This document shows positions 43,549 to 56,967 of a stretch of 64,000 bases of DNA, piece after piece (the stretch's first letter is position 1; each line of letters begins with the position of its first letter). The position numbers and the translations under genes were made by a program. The stretch is taken from the NCBI RefSeq assembly GCF_009914755.1, contig NC_060936.1; one strand, 5' to 3'. The notes beneath the pieces were generated by a model. The model did not search any database and had not been told where the DNA came from. It saw only the letters and a program-made list of their open reading frames with translations. Source of the DNA: the human T2T-CHM13v2.0 reference genome, Homo sapiens.

Positions 43549-44513
43549 TCTTTAGGAAAGATGAAAAATACTCTTTGGGAAAATGATAACGTTAAACATC
43601 ACTCATTGATACATTATCCACAAGATGTCTCTTGCCTAGGACTTTCTAATGCTGGAGAGGATAGGACAGAGGACATGGAGAATGGAAAAAAATAAATTAT
43701 CACCACACTAAATAGGCATAATTTTCTATAAAAAGTAACATAATCACCTCTCTTTGGCAAAAGCAGCAGAAAGCAAACTGATTATGATTACTTCTAAATA
43801 ATATTGATAAACATGACTCATAATTTAGTAGGAATCCTGAAAGCTACTCAGAACAACGTTTTCATTTACTGAATGTGTCTCTATGAGCCAGCAAAAGCTT
43901 TTGAGCTAATAGAATTAGATCTTATTCTACTCCTGTGAAAGGATCTTAGATAAGAATAATCCAAAATCCATAAGCCTCTATTTCTGATGAGGAAGATGAA
44001 AAAATCAGGAGCTTGTTCTGTCCTCAGTAAAAGGTATAGAGTTCAAGTGGCTGTAAGATAACTACAAAGGGTCTGGTCCATATTCACAGATTGTAACTTA
44101 TGATATTCTACTCTAGTTTTTTTATTTTTTATTCTACATTAAATAAATTTATTCTACATTAAAATTCTACATTTATTCTACAATAAAAAATGATGAGAAT
44201 TTACAGAGTGCATCCATGGTCCAGGAAGAGCCCTTAATATTTCAGCTACTGTTGGCTACATCCATTCCAAGGAACAAAAGCCAGGGACCATGGGAGAATA
44301 GTTTGTTCTGGGTACAGGGGTAAGAGAAAGGGATGGGCACTTAATGAGTGCTTCCCTCCTTTGATTACAATATTCTACCTGTTTCATGCTCCTTTTTCTC
44401 TTAGATGTCTGGTTAAAAGAGGTTTGATTCAGCTAAATCATGCAAGTGACCTAAGGAGAATGATCTAGATAATCATTCAGAAGTCATTCAGCCACTATAA
44501 ATAGATAATATAT

Positions 44514-44529
44514 TGTGTGTGTGTGTGTG
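44514..44529. repeat. (TG)8 microsatellite
   Basis: Direct observation. Confidence 0.9.
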
Positions 44530-44707
44530 TTATGTGGGAACAAAATATTTATAACTAAACTGAATGAATAATATGGATAATTATATCTCTGTTAAATTTA
44601 TATAAATGCAGGCAAACTTTAATTAAAATCTGCCAAATCCCCCCAAACACAAAAATATTGAAGAAAAATGGCTAATTTCACAAGGTTCAAGAATCACACA
44701 AACTTAC

Positions 44708-44881
44708 CTCCAGGTGTTCCAAGTTACTTGTTCTTTGAACAAGCATATTATCTTTTTGCAAGATGTCCCTGTACTTAGCAGTCAGTTCATTGTACTGTTT
44801 ATTAGCCAGTTCTAGTTCAGACAAAGAAACACTATTATCTACAACTTTTTGGAGAGCTGCAATCTTGAAAATGGCCATTTC
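44708..44881 (-). CDS. CEP290: CEP290 exon 26 (174 nt)
   Basis: EMAIFKIAALQK...SNLEHLE; tag|, GAG|gtaagt. Confidence 0.97.
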
Positions 44882-45500
44882 CTATGTAAATAAAGATACA
44901 CTGAGTTATGCTGGTGTCTTTTTTTCTGGTGAAGCACTAGCCACTTTTGAGAAAGATAATACAACTTAAAGTAAAACGAATTTTAAAATCATTTTTAAAA
45001 TATATGATTTCCCATGTAAGAAAAACATGCATTAACATAATTTCTTTCATATAAGAAATGTTACTTTGAAAATCTTAATCATAATAAAAATAAAATACTT
45101 TAATAACTCCTGTCATTGTAAAATAAAACTCAATTAATTTGAGAAAACATAACAAACAGCAGGAATATATCACTCGGAATTTATCTTTGGATGGCTTTTC
45201 TAAATTTCTTATGATCGGAAAACAACTTGCCTTTTAATAAATGGGAAAATTAGCATTATCACAGGTAACTTTCACAGCTTAGCTATTTATGCTTATTGTA
45301 AGTTAAACGGACTAGCTTTAATAACAAGAAAACTTTTTGTACACATGATGGAAACATTAGCGGGAGAGCTTCTATTATAGTTCTCTGTAATAAATAACAT
45401 CAAGGACTTTAAGTTACTTGGTTCATGGTTCTACTCATCAACTATAGAACTATTCAAAGATATTCTATTATCAACACCAAAATGAAATGTCCAAACTTAC

Positions 45501-45515
45501 AGTTCTCTTAAGTTG
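45501..45515 (-). CDS. CEP290: Candidate 15-nt in-frame microexon (QLKRT) in intron 25
   Basis: tttgcctattatacag|CAACTTAAGAGAACT|gtaagt; TGC at -14..-12; ~50-nt AG-free zone; phase 0. Confidence 0.45.
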
Positions 45516-46249
45516 CTGTATAATAGGCAAACATTACATAGAAAAGTACAATAAAGAATGATGAAAGCTGAGAAGTGGTATAAGGAATAATCAAATTTAT
45601 GAATGAGGAAGTAAAAAAACTTACGGTTGTAATTCATTCTGAAGTACAGTAATGATGGAAATATTTGTAATAGCGCTTCAGATCTCATTTTGGCAGCCTT
45701 TCTTCTCCATCTAAGTTAAGTACACACTATTCTATCTTACCCTTAAGATTCAGTTTCACTGTTCTGAGGGAAACAGGGGTAGATGAGATTCTATTTCCCA
45801 TCTCTTAAGAATCTCCCTTTTTCTTGGCTCTTCAATTGTTGGGAGAAAAAAATCAAGTTCATGAGCAGGTAGAAGAGGAAGAAAACTAATTCTTTTCTCT
45901 TTCTATCTCAAACACTAACTGTATTTATAAAACTCTAACAAAAGTAGATTCTAAAAAAATCTAACACAAAAATAAGACATGAACATTTCCTTATTACACG
46001 TCTTAATAAATATCACTTATATTTATTAAAGAATTTCTTGATGCTCAGTATTAAGCTTTAGATCAAGCTGAAAATAGGTTTATTAGCCTGACATCACCCA
46101 TTACAACCTTTAAAGTGGAAAGTAAAGAACCCAAGCCCATTTTAATTTCACTTTGAATTCTGTGTTCCTATGATCCTGTCCAAATTTAGTCATGAACATT
46201 GAACATTTACATGCTTAAAAATAAACTACAAGGTAAGGTATAAAACTAG

Positions 46250-48450
46250 GTGCAGAAGGGTATACATGTCATGTAACCTGTCTTGTCTTTGTTTATGTTT
46301 CCAAAAAGGAAACATGAGAAAGATAATAAGTTACCTACAGAGGGTGGAGCAGAATAATATGAAAGGCGTAAGACCAGAATTAAGATTTCTCTGATTAAAT
46401 ATTTTGCATATATAAATATTGTATATATTAAAATTCAATAAAGGAAAAAAATCCCTAAAATAAAAAAAATGAAAAACAAATGAGCCTAACTAAATATCAA
46501 ATATATAACATAACCGCATGAAGACAATTATTTCAAGTAAGTGTAGAATACTTTGCCTATACATTCTCAGCAAGATATATTCTGAAGAAAATAAGACCTG
46601 AAATAAAACTTTAAACTATGTTTGGCAGCAGTGCTGTTGTTGTTACTATTAATATCAATTCAAGTATTATTTTTCAAATTATTGTATGTATATTGTAGGA
46701 TAAAACAAATATTTTAATGTTAATAATAAAGGTTTTCTATGTAAGAAAAAAATACAAGTGCAAAATCAAAGAAGCTTAGTAAAAATCCGATACTATTTAC
46801 TTACCCCATAATGTTATAATTAAACTGGAAATAACAATATGAACTCATGGTTTAAATATATACATATTTTTCTAACTTGTCTACTGAGAGACTAGTGGCA
46901 ATGATACTCTGAGAGCAATGATGCCCAGTGGCCAGTTTTTGGTATCTAAATGCCTTCCCCACTAAAAGGAACCTGGGCTCTTTAAAGAAATGGTTTATTC
47001 CAAGTATGGGCATGAAGTATGTAGGTAAGTCTAAGACATCTTATGGTAGAAAACAAGTCAAGCTTTGAGGCTTCGTTCAAAAGACTAATGAATTTTTGTC
47101 AAGACAATATAAGAGTCAACTTTAAAGGACTCTCTTTGGCTAAAGTTGAGACAAAAGAATATGACTCCAACTAAAACACATGGAATATTTAAAAATCTGT
47201 GAGTCTAATCTGATACTTAAAAAAGAGAAAGCGGAGGGGACAAAAAAAGCAGGTAGTGCAGAGTACACCAAGTGTGTATTCTGAAAACTGGTAATTAAAG
47301 AGAAAAGCATTTATCTTGCCTTTGTAGTAGGAGCTAAACTTCAAGATAAACAAATAGCCTGGGCTAATGAGGAAACGCTATTTATTTTACAAAAGCATGT
47401 CTGTTAATAAATGTAAGTGCATAATATAACTAGAAAATTATGATGTTTGCAACTTTTAATAATTGGGTTAGGCAACAATCATCAGCAGATGCTAAAATCA
47501 TTAGGACTGACAAATAATTTGTTATTTGTATGGTACCAAAATATCACCAGTTAGCTAAATTGCTTAATAATGGAGGTATATGGTTATCTTTTCTTCTTCT
47601 TCTTCTTCTTTTTTTCTTTTAAGAGAGAGACTCGCTCTGTTATACAGGCACATAGGCTGGAGATCAGTGGCACATGATCACAGCTCACTGCAGCCCCCAA
47701 CTTCCTGGGCTCAAGCGATCCTCCCACCTCAATGTCCCAGGTAGCTGGGATTACAAGCATGTGCCACTACACCAAGCTAATTAAAAACAAACAAACAAAA
47801 AAAAAAACATTTTTTGTAGAGACGGAGTCTCACTATATTGCCTAGGCTGGTCTGGGCTCAGGAAATTTTCCTGCCTGGGCCTTCCAAAATGTTGGAATTA
47901 TAGGCATGAGCCACCATACTTGGTCTGCTTGTCTTTTCCTTAACAGAGTAATCAATTACAAAACATGGAACAACCAGATACTCTTGAAGTGATGCAATAT
48001 AAAGTATAGAACACTACTTATGAAGTATTCTTGCCAAAAATGTTTAAACCTGAATGTAACTTAGGGTTCTGACCTAACTTTTAGTAATACAAGGGACACA
48101 GGAACAAGTAAAATGACACACACACAAAAGTTAGATACATCTTCAAACATTTTTTGGAGAAAAAGAAAACCAAGGGGATTCTATATTAAAAAGATTTATG
48201 AGATGTAACATCCAAATGCTTATTCTTTGATCAAAAAATGTAAAAAATGTGACTATAATCAGGGTATTAGGCGATATTAGAAAATTACTGTCATTTTGTT
48301 AGGTATAATAAAGTTACTATGGTTAGTTAAAGAAAAAAGCCTTTTTCAAAAGGGTACATTAAATATTTAGGGGAGGAATGTCTGCAATTCAAACATCCCA
48401 CAAAAATCAGAAGAAGCAATTATGACAAAATGTTAATAAATGTTAACTAT
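46250..48450 (+). mobile_element. Old L1MC-type 3' region, interrupted by AluJ
   Basis: ttccccactaaaaggaacctgggctctttaaagaaatgg and related motifs; bounds approximate. Confidence 0.6.
47588..47925 (-). mobile_element. AluJ
   Basis: Diverged Alu. Confidence 0.9.
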
Positions 48451-48544
48451 TAATTCAGGTGATGAGCATTATTGATACCATCCTATCTTCTGCATATTTG
48501 AAATTTTTCATAGTCAGAAAAAGCAAAATAAGAATCAGATGTAC

Positions 48545-48775
48545 CTTAAATCTTTGCAAACACCCAATTTTTTCACAAACTTCAGCCTCCATTGACAACA
48601 ATTCATTCTTTTGCTTCTCATTTTCTTTTCTAAGTTGTCGCTCCAATTCTACTAAGGTTGTATATTGCCTTATAAGTGATTTTTCATTCACTTGCAAAAC
48701 AGTAATTTTCCTACTATTTTCTGCAAGTATTTTTTTCATTTCATCCGAATCCATCTGAAGAGCATTGAGCAAATT
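48545..48775 (-). CDS. CEP290: CEP290 exon 25 (231 nt)
   Basis: NLLNALQMDSD...GCLQRFK; cag|, |gtacat. Confidence 0.97.
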
Positions 48776-48865
48776 CTGCACAAAGACACATCCATATTAC
48801 TTGTTGAATCTAGCTATCCTACTTTGTACAATATTGCATACTAATGTTAAAAATGTTTTACTTAC

Positions 48866-48968
48866 ATTATATTCTTTTACTTTTATAGCATCTTGTTGGA
48901 CTTGATCCTCAAGTTTTCTCTTTTCCTCTTTTATTGTTTTAGATTCTGTTTTCCAGGTCTCCTTTTCA
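48866..48968 (-). CDS. CEP290: CEP290 exon 24 (103 nt)
   Basis: EKETWKTESK...VKEYN; tag|, |gtaagt. Confidence 0.97.
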
Positions 48969-49510
48969 CTAAAAACAAAACAAAACAAAAAGACAATACT
49001 GTAAACCTAATAAAATGTTTATAAGAAAAGATAACTTCAGATTATGCAAATTTAAAGTTTTCTCAACACAAGAGGTATCATAGCTATTCAGTATCTGAAA
49101 ACACAAGAAGTTAAACTTTCATTTAAAAAGGGTTTAGCCTAGAATTAAAAATTTTTTAAATAAATGCAAGGCAACAAAGTTATCAAATTATTTTCATTCT
49201 TCCCTGATTCACCACTAAATGGGTTATAATATAATTGAAGCTGAATCTTATAAACATTTTATTGAACACAGAAAAAAAGTAGGAAAATAATACCCTATAC
49301 TAATTCTAGAAATCAAATTCCAACATTCTGACCCCACTCTCAAATTTGGGTGTTAAATGCTTACAAAATAATTTGAATACAAACACATCTTAAGTCTAAT
49401 TAAAATAGTGACCAAAGTTAATAACAGTATATTATATACTTTAAAATTGCTAAGAGAGTAAATTTTAAGTGTTCTTAGTGCAAAAAAAAAAAAAAATAAG
49501 AAGAAGTATG

Positions 49511-49789
49511 CTGTAATCCCAGCACTTTGGGAGGCCAAGGTGGGCAGATTGCTTGAGGCTAGGAGTTTTGAGACTAGCGTGGACAATATGGCAAAACTCC
49601 GTCTTTACCAAAAATACAAAAATTAGCCAGGCGTGGTGGCACATGCCTGTAATCTCAGCTACTTGGGAGGCTGAGGCAAGAAAATAACTTGGACCCAGGA
49701 GGCAGAGGTTGCAGTGAGCCAAGATAGCGCCACTGCACTCCAGCCTGGGTGACAGAGCAAGACTCTGTCTCAAGGAAAAAAAAAAAAAA
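49511..49789 (+). mobile_element. 5'-truncated AluS
   Basis: TSD aagtatgc. Confidence 0.93.
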
Positions 49790-49837
49790 GTATGCGAGGT
49801 AATACATATGTTAAGTAGCTTGATTTAGCCATTCCAC

Positions 49838-49948
49838 AGTATATACATATATAGAACACCATGTTGTATAGCATAGTATATACATATATAGAACACCATG
49901 TTGTATAGCATAGTATATACATATATAGAACACCATGTTGTATACCAT
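49838..49948. repeat. 37-bp tandem repeat x3
   Basis: agtatatacatatatagaacaccatgttgtatagcat, three near-identical copies. Confidence 0.95.
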
Positions 49949-50519
49949 AAATTCTTGTGAATTTAAAAAGTAATTTAAAACATATTTATATATAAATTAT
50001 TTTTTTGAAGTTGTGTAAGACACTGTTGTCTACACATGAGCATTCCACAAACATGTGTAATGTTCTTGGCATAAACCCAGTATAGCGGTATCATTCTCTT
50101 TGCAACTGAATGGTTCAGACTTGGACATGTGATCCAATTCTAGCAAATGAGATCGGAGTCAATGTCTGCCAGGTATCACCAGAAAAAAATGTTTATTTAA
50201 AAATAAAAGCTATGTAGAAAAAAATGCTCCTCTTCTTCAATGGGCACATCATCTTTCTTGAATTCATGCAGCTATTTTACAACCATCATAGGCGATAACA
50301 ACAACCTTCAAATATGACCTGCCCTACAACTAGCTTTGTGGTTCTGGTTAGGTCAGATAATAATTATTCTTAGTGTTTAAATCACCTTTGATTAGGTATT
50401 CTAATTCCTATTAAGGAAATCATTCTATTGATTTAGATGAGATGACAGAAATAAGGAGAAATATGTTAGTTCCCTATAAACATATATGAACAATGATGAT
50501 TGTGATGATGATGAATGAT

Positions 50520-50775
50520 GCTAACAACAGCTAACATTTACAAACTGTTCATATGTGCCACACACTAGTCCGAGCATTTTCATCTAATAATTCATTTACG
50601 TTTTACAATAATCCTATGAAAAGGGTATTACTTACAAAGTAACTTACAGATAAGGAAACTGAGACACAGATAGGTAAGATGACTTGCTCAAGCTCTTACA
50701 AAAAGCAAACGTTAAATGACTCAAACCCAGGCAGGATAATCCCAGGCTTAATGTAATCATTAAGCTACACTGTCT
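50520..50775 (-). mobile_element. MIR
   Basis: ttacagataaggaaactgagacacaga...gacttgctcaag. Confidence 0.75.
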
Positions 50776-50935
50776 CCATAAATAAGTTCCTAACAGTAGT
50801 TACCAGAGTAAAAAAAAATACAATTGCAAAGGAAGAAGAAGAAGGGAAGAACAAAACATAAATTATTCTTACGTTACTTTCACAATTAACAAGAATATAC
50901 TGCAATTATATTTATAGTTTTGCTAATACCTATAC

Positions 50936-51051
50936 CTTAGGTATTCTTTATACAACAAACTTTGTTGATGACGAATTACAGCAAATTTTCTGTTGTAATC
51001 TTCAAGAGAATCTTCTAAATTCTTTAACTTTTTTTCTTTATTTTCTAGTTC
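50936..51051 (-). CDS. CEP290: CEP290 exon 23 (116 nt)
   Basis: [12 protein letters not shown]...YKEYLS; cag|, |gtatag. Confidence 0.96.
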
Positions 51052-52298
51052 CTGAAAAGTGGTTTAGAAATAAGAATGCAAAAAAAAACACAATAGAATA
51101 AATGCTGAATTTGAAAGTATAAATTCATATTCTGACAACATTATAGGAAAGTTAAAAGTCACCAAATCTGTAAGCAACACAGATCATTTTTCCATGATAT
51201 TTTGAACACTTTAGTTTAAGGCATAAAAAAAGAGTACTATACAACAGGTAAAGTTATTTTTAGCACACAAATTACCAGATTACAAAGTTTTATTAGATAG
51301 AATAGTTATAAACTCGCCTCTAGTCACTCGGCCACATACCCTCTCTTATGAACACATAATTTCATACCCTCACTCAAATTATCCTTTCCAATTATTTCAT
51401 TTTAAAGATGAAATTGAAATTTAAATAACTTACTCAATATCCAAAAACTCATTAACACTACACTTGGCAATCATTTTTACCAAGTACATATGCTAGGCTT
51501 GTTGTCAGGTGCTTTCCATATACATGGATCCAACATTTGAGTTTGGGTCTGTCTGACTCCAAAGGTCTTGCCACGTTTATAGCTCTATACAGCCTTAGGA
51601 TTGAGAGTCTAAGTACCTGTTTTGCCACTTTGGACAGCTTTTCAGACTCCCAGTTGGTACTCTCTAATCTACTACAAACTTCTGATATATTTCTTATACA
51701 AAGATTAAAAATCATGAATTTTATCTCAAAAAATACGACAATGCCATACTACCAATATTTGCTGATAGTGTTCCTATACCTCAGGTAAATAAGAGAAATA
51801 ATAATGTTAAAATTATACATTTAAAAATAATAATATCACATATAAAGCAATATTCTAATAAGTAGTTAAGGCTGTCCTTAGACAACATAAAATAATAATA
51901 AAAATCCCAATATTGAGAAAAAGATGAATTACTGTAATTTCCAAAATAAAAATGAGTACTTAATAATTATAACTCAAGTATACTCACAAATGGATCACCT
52001 AGCAGAGAGAAATAGTGGCCCATATAATCAAAAATATATTTTCATTGATTCTGAACATATATTTGTAATTATATTTATAATGTATGTGATGTTATAGATA
52101 GTCAAATTTCAAATAAAATAATGAAAAGGATCTGTCATTAGGACATTCATAACGACCATTATATAGACAGCAAAACTGAGAAACCCAGGGCAGGTAGTAT
52201 AGTAGAGTACCCTTTCCTCTTTGGTGGTAGATTAACATTTTATTGCGTAAAGGGAAGACAAAGATGAAGAATAATTTGGTTTAGAAGTTTTTGCTTAT

Positions 52299-52587
52299 GG
52301 CTGTGTGCAGTGGCTCACGTCTGTAACCCTAGCACCTTGGGAGGCCAAGGCAAGCGAATCACTTGAGACCAGGAGTTTGAGACCAGCCTGGCCAATATGA
52401 CGACACACCATCTCTACTAAAAAAAAATACAAAAATTAGCCAGGGATGCATGCCTGTAGTCCCAGCTACTCAGGAGGCTGAGGCATGAGAATCACTTAAA
52501 CTCAGGAGGTGGAAGTTGCAGTGAGCCAAGATAGCGCAACTGCACTCCAGCCTGAGTGACAGAGTGAGGCTCTGTCTCAAAAAAAAA
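52299..52587 (+). mobile_element. AluS/J
   Basis: Full Alu. Confidence 0.93.
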
Positions 52588-53071
52588 GTAGTTTTTACTT
52601 GTGAATGCAAAAAGGGGAACAATTCTATCATGACACTAAAAAGCCTTGACAGACTTTATTCTTTTGTTTTCCACCCAGCAAGAAATAAAAGTGCTCATTT
52701 ACTTAACACTGCTTTATAATAGCTGCTTGTTGTTCTGCTTGTGAACCATATATTTCACATGAATGACAGGTGTGCGAACAAGATGTATGAACATGCTGCT
52801 CATGCAGATGAATGGAATGAATGGTATAAATTGCTTTTATTTATAATCCATCTAACATCAAAATCCATAAAAAATATATTTCACTGTTACTATTTTGAGA
52901 ACTCAGGAATACATGAAGACTAAATATTGAGAAAAGTACTATCTGCATGCTTTGGTGATGGAAAAATTAAAATAAAGTAAAATAAAAATAAAAACATAAA
53001 GAAACATACTACCAATGATTTTTGTTATTCACATGTAAAATTTTCAATACCTGTAACAAAATTTTCAATAC

Positions 53072-53221
53072 CTGTAACAAATGTATTAAATATTCATTCT
53101 GAGAATTAATGATACTGGCACTAGATGGTGCTATCCCATCAGGTAAGTCAATTCCTTTAAAAACAACATTCGATCCTTCTGATTGTCGTAAAAGACTAGT
53201 TTCTTTTTCAAGATGGTCTAT
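53072..53221 (-). CDS. CEP290: CEP290 exon 22 (150 nt)
   Basis: IDHLEKETSLL...YLIHLLQ; cag|, CAG|gtattg (donor duplicated 21 nt downstream). Confidence 0.96.
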
Positions 53222-53563
53222 CTGGAAAAAAAAATCCAGCAATGAGAATCACAACTCTTACACCCAAAGAAAGACAAATTGACAGATATGTGAATGCCCT
53301 GCCAGGAATTTTACCTCAACCATACTTCAGTTTCTGCTTAGAAATGCCTAGGTATGAGATTTAGAATTTTTGTATTCTTTTCAATCTTATAAGGCACTTA
53401 TTTTCCACTTATAATTTTATAAGAGAAATCCAGTTTCTTAATATTGAAAGAATTAATTCAAGGGGCATTTTCTCATAAAGCATTCTTTTTAAAAAATTAA
53501 AAATTTCCTATTAAATCTACATTCTTATGTTTAGCATTTTCTTTTATTTAATAAAATTCTCAC

Positions 53564-53728
53564 CTTTAAATTAGCTTTTGCCAACTGCTGTGAATAATTT
53601 ATAGCCTCTTTCCGAGATTCCCTGAGCTCCTGTCTTAATTCTTCATTTCTTCCGGTAAGCTGATCAACTTGGGCTTTCAAATGCAGACTCGCATCAAAGA
53701 TTCCTTCTGCATTCTTTGATTCTATAGC
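53564..53728 (-). CDS. CEP290: CEP290 exon 21 (165 nt)
   Basis: AIESKNAEGIFD...AKANLK; tag|, |gtgaga. Confidence 0.97.
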
Positions 53729-55779
53729 CTAGCAAATTTATATTATATATTAGAAATGTGGAGAAAAACAGTAAAATCATAGTAAAAAACAGTCTGTCTT
53801 TAAATAAAATGGACATTTAAGCATTTTCCTATTTTCATTGCCAAGCATGATAATAAAGTATGCCAATTCAAATTCTTATTTATGAATCTATAAAACTTTC
53901 ATTTACATTACCAAGCATAGTAATTACTTCATTAAAACAATTAAAAAACACCTAGCTAATCTTAATAGACTGGTAGACTAGAAAAACAACCAGACGGGAA
54001 TAAGATGACCAGGGTTCAAATTTTAATCAGTCACTTAACAGCTGGGCAAGTGACTTAAATTCTCTGTATCTTAGTTTTCTCGTCTCTAAAAGGGGAAAAC
54101 AATGTGAGCTCTGCTCCCTACATGGGGTTTTTGTACAGTCAAAATGAGGTATTTTTCTCTGAAATTATATAGCACCTGCATTCAAAGCATGCGCAAAGGA
54201 ATGGAATACAATATTGAACAATTGATCAATACAACATTCAATTAAGTGAATTTTTCAGTGCTTCCTCTCCACATAGTTGAAGCATAAATAAAAATAAAGG
54301 CAAGGTATCATAACATGATATTATCTAAGAATAATGAGTAAGCAAAAATAATATGTCAAATATTAAAATATTATCAGAGTGGCATCACTGGCCCGAAATC
54401 TCCAACAGTGGCATATCTAAGTATATACACACAATGCACACATCTAATAAATATATTTGGACTTTAGATGAACTGTATGGAAAAAACTGTTAAAGGCAAA
54501 GTAAGTCTTAAAAAGTGAAGGTAGAAGCCAAATAAGGTAAAATGAATAGAACCAAATGCAATCTCCTACTCAGGAAGGTGATCTGGGGTTTAACTCTAGG
54601 TAGTAGATTTGTAAAAGCCTTCCCCTGAAGGAGATTAGAGCAGGTCATGCAGAGTAATAACTTATACTAACTCAAAGAGGATATAAGGAAGATAAAAGTA
54701 GGTAGAGGAAGGTACTCTGACTGACAACAAGGTGGTCTAGTTAGTTGTCTCATTGAGGAATAGTGCCGTGTCTACATGGACTTTGGTAAAATGAGAATGA
54801 GTTAAGATAGCTGTTGGGGGCACTGAAAAATACCTTGTAGTAACAAAAAGTGAACTGAAGTGCATAATCCAGCATTGTCTGGTCTAAATTGTCATGGATT
54901 CTGAAGATTTCTTAGAGAAGTATTGCTAGGTGATTTGTGAATTTCAGATAGGGCCTATGAATCTGAAAAAACAATGACAATCCCGGATAAAAGTAAATGA
55001 AGTCTATGCAAACAGTGGCTTCAGGAAGGTCCAGAGATTGTCAACATAAATAGAAGTTAGGATTTCTTGGGCTATTCACTGTGTTTTCATTTGGTCACTA
55101 AGTAGAGCTGCCCTTGGAAAATTAAGTTTGATCTGGGACACAGTATCAGTAGTGGGCATCATCACGGACAAAAGATGTTCACATAAAAAAAGCATAAAGA
55201 ATCATTTTAGACATTCAAAGTGGCAGAGGCAAAACAAAATCACCAATCAGAGAAGGAAAGTCAGTATGAGAAAGATATAATGGGAATCAAATTATTTTCT
55301 TGCCTCAGGAAGTTTTTAACATACCAGTATCACTCTCATTCTCTGTTAACAATTATAGTGTTATTTTAAAAAGTATCCAATTACTGATTAATCATGATTT
55401 TTTTAAAAAAACAATTCAATAAATAATAAGAATTTTTTTCCCATTTGAAATCAAGCACAAATTTGGGAAATAATATGACAATGTACGCTAAATATGTTCA
55501 GATAACATAAATGACATATACTTAAATATTAACAATCTAAAATGTGTATATTATTCAAGTTTATATACAGATACTGAATCCTGTGAAATTCTCAAGTCCC
55601 TATATGGTAAATATATATAGAATATTAGTGATGGCTAAATCTTTCTTGTAGCAATGAGTAAATCTTTAAACATTTAGAATAAAGCCATTTCATAATACTT
55701 CTGATGGCATAAGTTCCTAAGAGATCTACACTCCCATAAATAAAAAATGAATGAAAAAAAACTACCTAGATGTTCTAGA

Positions 55780-56260
55780 AAATGAACAAAAGCAAGCAGA
55801 TTTTGGGAAAAAACCCCTCAAATATGGAAGACAGGACCAGCAAAGATTGACTTTGCCATTTTTAAAGATTTAGTCATAGGGCAGGGTGCAATTGCAGAGA
55901 TCTATCATCTTTCTCATCTAGAAAACCACAGGATACAGCCCAAAGCCATGGGATAAGTGAAAGGAAAATCCCAATAAGAAAAGAGTCAGCAAAAACGAGC
56001 TCCAAAGTCGGTGTAAAAAACTCCTCAAGGTCTCAAGCTGACCCTTGAACCAAAAGAACACAGATAAAGAGGAAAATGTCAGTGAACTTGAAGACAGATT
56101 AATAACAATTATCCAATTGGTAGAAGAAAAGTATTGAAAGCAGCTCAAGAAAAACTACACTTTACATACAGGGAAACAATGATTCAAATGACTAAAAATA
56201 TCTCATCAGAAACTATGGAGATCTGTACACAGCAGAAAATCTCTCTAAAGTGATAGGGGA
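55780..56260 (+). mobile_element. Old L1 ORF1 fragment
   Basis: tcagtgaacttgaagacaga...atctcatcagaaactatggag. Confidence 0.6.
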
Positions 56261-56289
56261 AAAACATTAACATGAAAAAAATAACTTAC

Positions 56290-56432
56290 ATTAACTAGTC
56301 TTTCAAGGCTAGGGATAATTAGAGATGTTTCTCCTCCTTTAACATCAGGATCTTTCTGCATTTCCTTAATTGCTTGCAATATTTCTTTCATACCTTCTTC
56401 AAGTTGCTTATTTTCTTCAACTAATTCTTTTA
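56290..56432 (-). CDS. CEP290: CEP290 exon 20 (143 nt)
   Basis: LKELVEENKQ...PSLERLVN; cag|, |gtaagt. Confidence 0.97.
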
Positions 56433-56967
56433 CTGTAATTACACAGTTTTCTCATTGGATGATCAGATCTTTTTCACAATTTACACTATGCTATACAGAT
56501 GACAAATATTTCACATATACCAAAGACATCATTGGAAAAATCCAAATGTAAATAAACATACAAAAAAATTCAACTATAAATCCAACGTGAATAGTTGAGT
56601 TAAATGACAGACCTATTTATATCACGTGCATATACACACGTATATAAGGCATACTTCTGCCTTAACTTAAACTATGCTTTATATTAAAGTATTTTAAATT
56701 TGGTGTTCTAACTTCATTTTGATTGAAGAACACACAAGAAAAAGGAGTTATATATTCTCACAAAAAATTCATATTAGTAACATTCTCTCACAATGAAAAC
56801 AGCAAGGCAAATCAACTGGATAGTGACAGACTGAAGTATATACAGTACAGAGGTAATTAGGAGTAAAGCAGATTAGAAAACAGAGAATGTGTTAACGCCC
56901 TTTTAGGCCCATGATTTTAAGTATAGGAAAAATAAGAACAGAAAAGTAAAAGATAATTGTAACTTAC

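Larger units (their letters stand above)
49400..49985 (+). mobile_element. L1MA 3' end, interrupted by Alu
   Basis: aaaattgctaagagagtaaattttaagtgttct...agcttgatttagccattccac. Confidence 0.85.

Noticed and set aside
49838-49948. 37-bp repeats as a CRISPR-like array
   Set aside because: Head-to-tail with no spacers, inside an L1 tail in human DNA.
54400-55300. VYMDFGK motif (~54770) reminiscent of CR1/L3 reverse transcriptase
   Set aside because: Single short motif with no flanking RT motifs I can recognise.
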